A stretch of DNA of 54,808 bases, the filler included, from Jimgerdemannia flammicorona (Eukaryota), in the NCBI GenBank assembly GCA_003990765.1. It is 3 parts of 3 records of this genome, joined end to end, with 100 filler letters (N's around TTAATTAATTAA, not from the genome) between each part and the next. Parts side by side here need not be neighbours in the genome. Positions count along the whole stretch, not along the records: positions 18,306 to 36,510 come from RBNJ01002264.1; positions 36,611 to 54,808 come from RBNJ01002265.1; 1 more part is not named here. The stretch is one strand, 5' to 3'. How positions within the stretch are numbered: the first letter of the stretch is position 1; each line of letters starts with the position of its first letter. Below are positions 25,955 to 36,620 of this stretch, in pieces. Under the pieces are notes generated by a model that did no database searches, was not told where the DNA came from, and worked only from the letters and a program-made list of their open reading frames with translations. Both the position numbers and the translations under genes were made by a program.

Positions 25955-27460
25955 TAGGGATCCCAGCTGTGGCTAAGCCACTCTGGCCAGCTGTGGCTGG
26001 CTAGAGCCATGGCCGACCATAGCTGGCCACTGGCTGGCCAGATGGCTGAGCTTAATTTTCAGGTTATAGTAGAGCTTTGCAAACCTGTAAAATAGGCATT
26101 TTACATAAATATCAATAAATTTGCAAATATATTTCCAAATCTATTTATCTTTGTTGTGCTAGATTTTTATACTAAAGGCAAATCCAACAAGCTATAGTAC
26201 ATTCAATTCAGATGCATATTCATAGAGTTATTAACATTTTTATAAATACCACTCAATTAGTTAGCTGAAAATTTAAGGCCAAGCCAGGGTGGCTCGGCCT
26301 TAAATTTATAGATTGACTAGTTGGTTAGACTAAATTTGTAAATTTAAAGCCAAGTCAGTTGGCCAGTTGGCTGTTAAGGCCAAACCACTTGGCCAGTTGG
26401 CTGTAAATTTAAGACTAAACCACTTGGCTAGTTGGCTGTAAATTGAAGGCTGAGCCACCCTAGCCAGCTGGCCAGCCATCTGGACTTACTTTAGAAATTA
26501 TACAGAGACTTTAAATGTCAACTGCATAATGAAAACACATAATATTTCAATTATCTTTATTGCTCTGGATTCACCTGATATTGTGAATCTGAAATGCTTA
26601 AATATGTTAAATTTTGCTATATTTTCATTGAGCTATTAAATTGTAAAGAAGCATATAATTTCTACTCTATCTGAGGTACACAATCCTAGGCTCATAAGTA
26701 GCCTTTTTGATTAATTTGGCTTTGTGAAAGTACTTAATTTAAGGCTGAAATTGTAACAAGTTATAATATATATATATATATCTAGGGATCCTAGATGGCT
26801 GGCCAGGTGGTCAAGCTTAATTTTCAGATTATAGTAGAGCTCTGCAAATCTGTGAAATAGGCATTTTACATAAACATTAATATATTTGTGAATATATTTC
26901 CAAATCTATTTATCTTTGTTGTACTAGATTCTCATATTAAAGCTGAATCCAATAAGCTATAGTACATCTAATTCGGATGCATATTCATAGAGTTATTAAT
27001 AGTTGAGTCTATTGATGAGTTTAATTATAAGGTTCATAATTGTCACTTGACCAGTTGACTGAAAATTTAAGGCCAAGCCAGGGTGGCTCGGCCTTAAATT
27101 TATAGATTGGCTAGCTGGCCAGACTAAATAGACCGAGCCACTTGGTCAGTTAGCTATAAAATTAAGGCCGAGCCACTTGGCCAGTTTGCTGTAAATTTAA
27201 GGCTGAGTCTACTTAGTCAGTTAGCTGTAAATTTAAGACCGAGCCACTCTAGCCAGCTGGCCAGCTATCTGGGATCAATTTAGAAATTATACAGGCACTT
27301 TAAATAAAAAAATACATAATATTTCAATTATCTTTGTTGTGCTGGATTCACCTGATAATTATAACTATCTGAGCTAAGCTATAAACACTACCAAAATATA
27401 TAGAGAAGATGCCAGCTTATATAGTGTACAGTACTTATACTCAACCTTTTGATTATAACT
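25955..27460. repeat. Two tandem copies of a non-coding, MITE-like element with internal ~35-bp repeats
   Basis: Copies start TAGGGATCC at 25955 and 26783 and share several hundred bp. An internal inverted motif GATCCCAGATGGCTGGCCAG / CTGGCCAGCTATCTGGGATC occurs (~27255-27277). The tandem unit is ~GGCCGAGCCACTTGGCCAGTTGGCTGTAAATTTAA. Confidence 0.65.
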
Positions 27461-27637
27461 TTATATTGTACTTAATATAAAAAAAAAAAAAACATAACTT
27501 GATATAAAATATCATTGAGTTTAATCAAATAGAGAGTTTTTTTTATTATTGTTTATAATATCAATTATTGCAATAATATTTGGCTTTAAAATTAAGCCAA
27601 GCCACTCAAGTTCCATGCCCTTGCTGATCTTCTCTGT

Positions 27638-30600
27638 GAGACAGAACCATTGATGGAGGCAGAACTGTTGATAGAGACAGAACTATTGATGGAGGCAGAA
27701 CTGTCGATAGAGACAGAACTATTGATGGAGGCAGAACCGTTGATGGAGGCAGAACCATTGATATAGGCAGAATCATCGATGATGGAGTCGATGGAGGCAG
27801 AACTGTTGATATAGGTAAAATTGTCGACGATGGAGTCGATGTAGGCAGAACCGTCGATGGAGGCAGAACCATTGATGGAGGCAGAACCCTCATTGGAGGC
27901 AGAGTCATCGATGATGAAGTCGATGGAGGCAGACTGTTGATGATGGACGACAGAGTCAATGGAGGCAGAACCATTGACAATGAAGGCAGAACAGTCGATG
28001 GAGGCTATGGGAGCAGAACAGTCAATGGAGGCTATGGGGGCAGAACAGTCGATGGAGGCAGAACCGTCGATAGAGGCAGAACCATTGATGGAGGCAGAAC
28101 CATTGATGGAGGCAGAACCATTGATGGAGGCAGAAGCATTGATGGAGGCAGAAGCATTGATGGAGGCAGAACTGTTGACAATGGACGATGGAGTCAATGG
28201 AGACAGAACCATTGACGATGGAGGCAGAACAGTCAATGGAGGCTTTGGGGGCAGAACAGTCGATAGAGGCTATGGGGGTAGAACTGTTGATGGAGTTTAT
28301 GGAGGCAGATCTGTCAATGATAGAGTTGATGGAGGCAGAACCATTGATGGAGGCAGAACTGTCGATGGAGGCAGAACCATCAATGGAGGCAGACCCATCA
28401 ATGGAGGCAGAACCGTCAATGGAGGCAGAACCGTCAATGGAGGCAGAACTGTCGATGATGGATGATGGAGTCAATGGAGGCAGAACCATTGATGATGGAG
28501 GCAGAACAGTCGATGGAGGCTATGGGAGCAGAACAGTCAATGGAGACTATGGGGGCAGAACAGTTGATAGAGGCTATGGGGGCAGAACCATTGATGGAGT
28601 CAATGGAGGCAGACCCATTGACAATGGAGTAGATGGAGGCAGAACTGTCGATGGAGGCAGAACCATTGATGATGGATGATGGAGTCAATGGAAGCAGAAC
28701 TGCTGACGATGGAGGCAGAACAGTCGATGGAGGCTATGGGGCAGAACAGTCGATGGAGGCTAAGGGGGCAGAACTGTTGATAGAGTCGATGGAGGCAGAA
28801 CCGTTGATGGAGACAGAACCATCGATAGAGGCAGAGCCATTGATGGAGGCAGAACTGCTGATGGAGGCAGAACCATCGATAGAGGCAGAACTGTCAATGG
28901 ACAGAACCGTTGACGATGGAGGCAGAACTATTGACAATAGAGTTGATGGAGGCAGAACCATCGATGAAGTCGATGGAGGCAGAACCATTGATGGAGGCAG
29001 AACCATTGATAGAGGCAGAACTGTTGATGGAGGCAGAACTGTTGATGGAGGCAGAACCGTCAATGGACAGAACTGTCGATGATGGAGTCGATGAAGGCAG
29101 AATCGTTGATGAAGTCAATGGAGGCAGAACTGTCGATAGAGGCAGAACTGTCAATGGACAGAACTATCGACGATGGAGTCGATGGAGGCAGAACCGTTGA
29201 TGAAGTCAATGGAGGCAGAACTGTTGATAGAGGCAGAACCATCGATGGAGGCAGAACCATCGATGAAGTCAATGGAGGCAGAACTGTCAATAGAGGCAGA
29301 ACCATCAATGGAGGCAGAACTGTCAATGGAGGCAGAACCATCAATAGAGGCAGAGCCGTCGATGGAGGCAGAACTGCTGATGGAGGCAGAACCATTGATG
29401 GAGGCAGAACTGTCAATAGATAGAACCATTGATGATGGAGGCAGAACCGTTGATGAAGTCGATGGAGGCAGAACTGTTGACGGAGGCAGAACCATCGATG
29501 GAGGCAGAACCATCGATGGAGGCAGAACTGTCGATGGAGGCAGAACTGTCAATGGACAGAACTGTCAATGAAGTCAATGGAGGCAGAACTGTCAATAGAG
29601 GCAGAACCGTCAATGGAGGCAGAACCATCGATGAAGTCGATGGAGGCAGAACTGTCAATAGAGGCAGAACTGTCAATGGAGGCATCGATGGAGGCAGAAC
29701 CATCAATTGAGGCAGAACTGTCGATGATAGACAATAGAGTCAATGGAGGCAGAACTGTTGACGATGGAGGCAGAACAGTCAATGGAGGCTATGGGGGCAG
29801 AACTGTCGATAGAGTCAATGGAGGCAGAACCATCAATGGAGGCAGAACCGTCGATGGAGACAGAACTGTCAATAGAGTCAATGGAGGCAGAACTGTTGAC
29901 GATGGAGGCAGAACAGTCGATAGAGGCTATGGGGGCAGAACTGTTGATGGAGTTGAACCATCAATGAAGGCAGAACCGTTGATGGAGGCAGAACCATCGA
30001 TGATGGATGTTAGAATCAATGGAGGCAGAACTGCTGACGATGGAGGCAGAACAGTTAATAGAGGCAGAACCGTCAATGGAGGCAGAGCCATCGATGGAGG
30101 CAGAACTGTTGATGGAGGTAGAACCATCGATGGAGGCAGAACTGTCAATGGACAGAACTGTCGACAATGGAGGCAGAACTGTCGACAATGGAGTTGATGG
30201 AGACAGAACCGTCGATGGAGGCAGAACCATCAATGATAGACAATAGAGTCAATGGAGGCAGAACTGTTGACAATGGAGGCAGAACAGTCAATGGAGGCAG
30301 AACAGTCAATGGAGGCTATGGGGACAGAACAGTTGATGGAGGCTATGGGGGCAGAACTATTGATGGAGTCGATGGAGGCAGAACCATCAATGGAGGCAGA
30401 ACCATCAATGGAGGTAGAACTGTCAATAGAGTCAATGGAGGCAGAACTGTTGACAATAGAGGCAGAACAGTCAATGGAGGCTATGGGGACAGAACTGTCA
30501 ATGGAGTCGAACCATTAATAGAGGCAGAACCATTGATAGAGGCAGAACCGTCAATGATGAAGTCAATGGAGGCAGAACCACTGACAATGGAGGCAGGACA

Positions 30601-31386
30601 GTTGATGGAGGCAAAACCATCAATAGAGGCAGAACCTTCGATGGAGGTAGAACTGTCAATAGAGACAGAACTATCAATGGACAGAACTGTCGATGATGGA
30701 GGCAGAACCCTCAACAATGGAGTTGATGGAGGCAGAATCATTGATGGAGGCAGAACTATCGACGATGGATGATAGAGTCAATGGAGGCCAAACCATTGAA
30801 GATGAAGGCAGAACAGTCAATGGAGGCTATGGGGGCAGAACTGTCGATGGAGTCAATGGAGGCAGAACCATCAATAGAGGCAGAACTATCGATGGAGTCA
30901 ATGGAGGCAGAACTGTTGACGATGGAGGCAGAATAGTCAATAGAGGCTATGGGGGCAGAACTGTTGATGGAGTCAAACCATCAATGGAGGCAGAACCATT
31001 GATGGAGGCAGAATCATTGACAATGGATGATGGAGTCAATGGAAGCAGAACCACTGATAATGGAGGCAGAACAGTTGATGGAGGCTATGGGGGCAGAACT
31101 GTCAATGGAATCGATGGAGGCAGAACCGTTGATGGAGGCAGAACTGTCAATGGAGGTAGGGCTGTCAATGGAGGCAGAACCATCAATGGAGGCAGAACCA
31201 TCAATGGAGACAGAACTGTCAATGGACAGAACCATTGATGGTGGAGGCAAAACCATTGACGATGGAGTCAATGGAGGCAGAACCATCGATGAAATCAATG
31301 GAGGCAGAACCGTCGATAAAGTTGATGGAGGCAGAACTATTGATGGAGGCAGAACTGTTGATGGAGGCAGAACCATCAATGATGGA
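27638..31386. repeat. 3.75-kb tandem satellite, 18-bp consensus TCGATGGAGGCAGAACCG, with higher-order structure
   Basis: Directly visible repeated GATGGAGGCAGAAC, with recurrent variants GATGGAGTC, GGCTATGGGGGC and AATGGACAGAAC. Confidence 0.95.
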
Positions 31387-31469
31387 TACATAAATAAATC
31401 ACCATAAGGTACCTTTTGAAAAATTTCGCCTTATATATATATATTCATAACTTCCAGAGTTTACTAATC

Positions 31470-31790
31470 ACTCTGATGCTCTTTTCCCACCACCCATTTT
31501 CCTCTCATCACTTGTCACTCATTCCAAAGCCTCATTGCTCATCGCTCATTTCAGCTTATACCAATGCTATTTTCTGACACCCATTTTAGTACACCTTGCC
31601 TTCCAATGCCCCACACGTGACAGCTTCCTTGCTCTAGGTTTGGAATTTCTTTTGCTGGAGAGGGAAGGGGAGCCTTGCCTTGTGGCTCGTTGCTCATTTC
31701 AAAGCCTCATCGCTCGTCACTCATTTCAGCTCACACTGATGCTCTTTTCCAACACCCATTTTAGTACACCTCACCTTCTAATGCCTCGCT
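31470..31790. repeat. Local imperfect direct repeats
   Basis: GCTCATT(T)C(C)AAAGCCTCAT(T/C)GCTC and ATGCT-TTTTC--ACACCC-ATTTTAGTACACCT recur two to three times. Confidence 0.6.
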
Positions 31791-31962
31791 TAAACTTTAT
31801 ATTATTTTTAGTATAAAAATGACAAAATTAGCTAAACAAAAACATCATCTAAAAGTTATAAGATATCAAAAAAAAAAAACAAATACTTTTTGATACAATA
31901 ATTAGATTTAAAAAAGAAACTATAGGTAAATGTAATTCTATATAAATAATAATAAAATTAAT

Positions 31963-33403
31963 TATATATATTTTAGTATTTTTTATTTTATAATAAATAT
32001 CAAAGAATAATTATAACTTTAGTCACTTAGTTGCAAAAGTGACCAGATACTTGTTTTAACTTAACCGCTCCAAATAGGCTTGGCTGCTTTTCGGGTGGCT
32101 TGGACAGCTTGATTTGGTGCCGGATTTCTCTATACTGACTGATTTTCTTGTTATAGAAAGAGGCAGCATGAAAATTCTAAGGAATGGAGCTATCCTCTTG
32201 AAACTTGGCATGGAGATTGCCTCAAATTACTAGAAAATTATCCTGATCTCTGTTTCTTAAAATATCTCTTGGTTGTGGAGATATTTGGACTTGAAGTTTT
32301 GATCTGAGTTTTGGAAGAACTTGAATAACTTGTCAATGGATCAAGGAATAGTCTTCAGCTTTGGATAAATTGTAGCTGAGGTCTCTGAAGATATTTGGGA
32401 TGTGTTTGCTCTCGGAGATCCTTGGTGGTTCTTCAGATATGGGCTAATTTCTCATGGTATCATATTTTGAGGTATCTCCTTGACATTTTGGTGTATATCT
32501 CCACAGTGAGGGGTTGTAATCTTATTATTCTCGGTGAGAATGTTTTCAAGGTTCTTGGCAAGCTCTGTTTAAAAGGGGAGATCCATGGGATTCGAACTGA
32601 GCTCGAATAATTTGATCAAAGTGTGAGAACCGGTCTTTGGTTTTGACTTGATTTTACTGAGAGTCCCAATTGACCCAAATTCAGTATATACCTCAGTAAA
32701 ATAAATCAAAACCAAAGACCGGTTCCCACACTTTGATCGAATCGTTCGAGCTCAGTTCGAATCCTATAGATCTCCCCTTTTGAACAGAGCTTGCCAAGAC
32801 CCTTGAAAACATTCTCACCGAGATTAATGAGATTATGACTCCTTACTGTGGAGATATACACCAAAATGTTAAGGAGATACCTCAAAATATGATACCGTGA
32901 GAAACTAGCCTATATCTGGAGAACCACCAAGGATCCCAGAGAGTAAATACATCCCAAAAATCTCCAGAGATCTCAGCTACAATCTATCCAAAGCTGAAGA
33001 CCATTCCTCAATCTATTGATAAATTATTCAAGTTCTCCCAAAACTCAGATCAAAACTTCAAGTTCAAATATCTCCACAACCAAGAGATATTTTAAAAAAC
33101 AGAGATCAGGATAATTTTCTAGTAATTTGAGGCAATCTCCATGCCAAGTTTCAAGAGGATAGCTCTATTTCTTAGAAATTTCATGCTACCTCTTTCTATA
33201 ACAAGGAAATCAGTCAGTATAGAGAAATTCGGATTTGGTTTGCCACCAAATCAAGCTGTCCAAACCACCTGAAAAGCAGTCCAAGCCTATTTGGAGTGGT
33301 TAAGTTAAAACAAGTATCTGGTCACTGTTATAACTAAGTGACTAAAGCTATAATTATTTTTTGGTATTTATTATAAAATAAAAAATACTGAAGTATATAT
33401 ATA
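31963..33403. mobile_element. Foldback / long-palindrome non-autonomous element (~700-bp arms, 30-bp spacer)
   Basis: 31963-32661 is the reverse complement of 32692-33403, apart from mostly transitions and small indels. Both ends sit in (TA)n. Confidence 0.9.
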
Positions 33404-33422
33404 AGTACAAAAGCCAATCCAT

Positions 33423-34440
33423 TTAATTATTCAAATTTTTATCAAAGTTCCACCATGATTTTAAACATAAAAGTACTCTTGCAGTTTCTGGATGTAGTCT
33501 ATTTCGATTTGTAGTAATAGTATTTCCTGCAATTGAAAAAAGTGATTCACAAGGAACACTTGATGCTGTAATTGCTAACCAATCTCTTGCCATAGCTGCT
33601 AGAGTTGGAAACTCTTTTTCATGACTTTTCTACCAGTCTAATGGCTTTACTCTTTGATCAGCAATTGGTGTATCAAAGTAGAGTTTTATCTCTTGATCTA
33701 TATTGATAGCATCAACTAATTCAGAAGTAGACTTGAGATCTTCTTCTGTTAGATCTAAGAATTCTTCAAATGCAGTCTTCTTAGAAAGTAGTATTTCAAC
33801 TTATCTAGGAATAGACTCAGTGTAGATTTTTACATGTTTTTTAAGAAGATTGAAATATGCTTTCTGATTCTTAACAATATCAGTTTTTCTGATATTTTTC
33901 TGATAAAGATTAGAATTAATCTTTATATGAGGATCAAGAATAGTAGCTAAACTGAATTCAATAGGAAGTTTCATCTAGTAATTGTGAAGTTTCTCAGCCA
34001 TATTTTTACTCTGATCTGTTGATTGAGCATTTAACTTATTGATAAGACGTATATATATACTATGTACAAGATTGAGAGTAGGATAATTTTCAGCAATCAG
34101 AATTTCAGAAGCTTTAAAAAACATCTTCAATTGATTGTAATCTCTACTGATCTCTTTCCAATCTTAATCTGTTAAAGAATTCTCTTTCAAAATAGATCTA
34201 TGCTCAGTATTAGCAATAAGCATATCAAGAGCTTTATACTACCCAAGTGCAATATCTACCATATGATAGGTAAAAGTCCAGTATGTAATTATATCAATAG
34301 CTGGTTTATGAAACTTTTCTTCTGAATATTCACAAAGCTTTTGAAGTTCTTGTATAAGCTTTGGACTTCTATGTATTGTAGAAATACATTGGCAAAGTTT
34401 ATTGAGAGATTGATCAGGAAAATTGCTATTAATCTTATAG
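33423..34440 (-). mobile_element. hAT transposase relic (C-terminal half)
   Basis: Reads IDIITYWTFTYHM (from DVxTRWxSTYxM) and the dimerisation domain PLDW*KSHEKEFPTLAAMARDWLAITASSVPCESLFSIAGNTITTNRNRLHPETARVLLCLKSW. It has stops and is truncated at 34440 by the Penelope-like element. Confidence 0.88.
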
Positions 34441-36290
34441 CAGAGGAGGAAGAAGGCCCAGCGGGAGCCAAGGGAGCGAACCCAGAGCCAGTATCAAAGT
34501 GAACGGAGGACATGTGGAAAGGCGTGTATAAGGGGGATGAACAAAGAACATAACCGAAAATGTATCAGCTGTTTATTGCCATGTAAAAATGCGGTCCTTA
34601 TATACAAAATACGACGTCCCAAAAGGGAGGACGCGCCACAACTCGGGGCGAACCGAATTAGGAACCACATGACCACCAGAGATAGGTGGAGATAAAGGGG
34701 GAGTTAATCCCAGTTGCAGGATAAAAATCACAAACAAATACAAACAAAACAAATCCAAATCGAGATTAAAAAACATCCGCAGACCCCGGAGGGGTGAGCG
34801 CAAGCGAGGGGTGAGGCCGAAACGGAGTGAGCCGCAGTGAGCCCGAGCGAAGCGAGGGGCCGAAGGCAGCAGAGGGGAGCGGAGTAAGGCCAAGACCCCG
34901 GAGCGAGCGCGAGACCCCGGAGGGGGCAAGGATGTTTTTTAATCCTCTCCAGCAGAACCGGAGGCACCAGAAGGTGATGAAAACGCAAAATGAGAGTGAT
35001 GGAGTGAAGAAGAAATAGAAGAAAGATGCAAACAAGCAATCAGAGGGCGTTGGGAAAGAGATGAAAGTCCATGGCATGAAAGAGAAGAGCGCAGGATGGT
35101 ATCAGGGCATTGAGCAACCCAGCAAGCATGATCAAATGATATGACAAGAATCGGGAGTGGGAAAGAAGAGGGGGTATGGAGAGGGTAAGGGGGGAGAGAG
35201 GGAAGGGAGGGGGGATAAAGAGGAGAGAGAAGGGTAGAGCGAACAACAGACCATTCAACAGAAGCAAGCAGATCACGAACGATAGAAATAGGGTAGGCAC
35301 GATGATGGACCATGAAGTTGCCAAGAACCCGAACAGCAGACACCCAGTCAGAGCGACAGGAGCAGCATAATGCAAGACGACGAGCCTCACCCCGAATGCA
35401 TTCAAGAAGAGTGCAACGAGGATGATTGGACAAGAAGTCAGGGAACTGTTGGGAATGGGGAAAACGAGAATAAACAACAGTTCGGAAAGGAGAAAGAGAA
35501 ATGGAAAGGTCCAAAAAGAGAATACTAGTCATACCGCACACCCAGGTAATAGAATGGTGGGGAGGGTAGATGCCCAGGAACACACTAGGGATATCAACAC
35601 CAGTAATAGTGAAGACAATAAAGTCATCAATGTATCGGCGAAAGAAGATATCTCCAGCCCGGAATGCAATGGAAAGAGGTGAAGTAATTTACATAATACA
35701 CGCAGAGAAGGAAGAAGGCCCAGCGGGAGCCAAGGGAGTGAACCCAGAGCCAGTGTCAAAGCGAACGGAGGACATGTGGAAAGGCGTGTATAAGGGGGAC
35801 GAACAAAGAGCGTAACCGAAAATGCATCAGCCGTTTATTGCCACGTAAAAATGCGGTCCTTATATACAAAATACGACGTCCCAAAAGGAAGGACACGCCA
35901 CAACTCGGGGCAAACCGAATTAGGAACCACATGACCGCCGGAGATAGGTAGAGATAAAGGGGGAGCCAATCCCAGTTGCAGGATAAAAATCACAAACAAA
36001 CACAAATAAAACAAATCCAAATTGAGATTAAAAAACATCTGCAGACCCTGGAGAGGTGAGTGCAAGCGAGGGGTGAGGCTGAAACGGAGCGAGCCGCAGC
36101 GAGCCCAAGCGAAGTGAGGGGCCGAAGGCAGCAGAGGGGAGCGGAGTAAGGCCGCGACCCCGGAGCGAGCGCGAGACCCCGGAGGGGGCAAGGATGTTTT
36201 TTAATCCTCTCCAGCAGAACCGGAGGCACCAGAAGGTGACGAAAACGCAAAACGAGAGCGATGGATTGAAGAAGAAATAGAAGGAACGCA
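34440..36290 (-). mobile_element. Penelope-like retroelement: two ~590-bp direct terminal repeats (34440-35030, 35702-36290) around a 5'-truncated RT
   Basis: The minus frame reads FFRRYIDDFIVF (YIDD at 35623-35634), SILFLDLSI, FRTVVYS and FLSNHPRCTLLECIRGEARRLALCCS. This is the PLE-type RT C-terminus/thumb. The ORF stops at 34939 with no GIY-YIG after it. The sequence is CpG-rich, so young. Confidence 0.8.
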
Positions 36291-36510
36291 TTCCATCGGC
36301 ATCTCTCTCCACTACAATTCACGTTACACACACTTTTCGACACACTTTCAAAGCTTTTATTGGAGAAAGATACTAAGGCAATGTCAACCAGCAAGCAAGC
36401 CGACGCGCGTACTAGGTCGGGTGGACCTGGGGCCTTCGACTGGCAGACTGTCGGGAGAGGGTATGGTTTGGGGATGGGGTCTTTCGGTGACTCGAGTGGG
36501 CAGGGTGGCT

Positions 36511-36610
36511 NNNNNNNNNNNNNNNNNNNNNNNNNNNNNNNNNNNNNNNNNNNNTTAATTAATTAANNNNNNNNNNNNNNNNNNNNNNNNNNNNNNNNNN
36601 NNNNNNNNNN
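36511..36610. other. Artificial contig linker
   Basis: Same 100-bp N-TTAATTAATTAA-N cassette as at 18206. Confidence 0.98.
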
Positions 36611-36620
36611 AAAAAAAAAA

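Noticed and set aside
27592..31407. Dozens of ORFs (MEAEPS, SIDGSA, GGRTVD repeats) and a superficial CRISPR-like look
   Set aside because: These are by-products of a stop-free 18-bp unit. There are no unique spacers and no cas genes, and the context is eukaryotic.
35815..35835. Possible hammerhead ribozyme (CTGATG on the minus strand) in the PLE repeat
   Set aside because: It reads CTGATGC (CTGATAC in the other copy) and has no downstream GAAA core.
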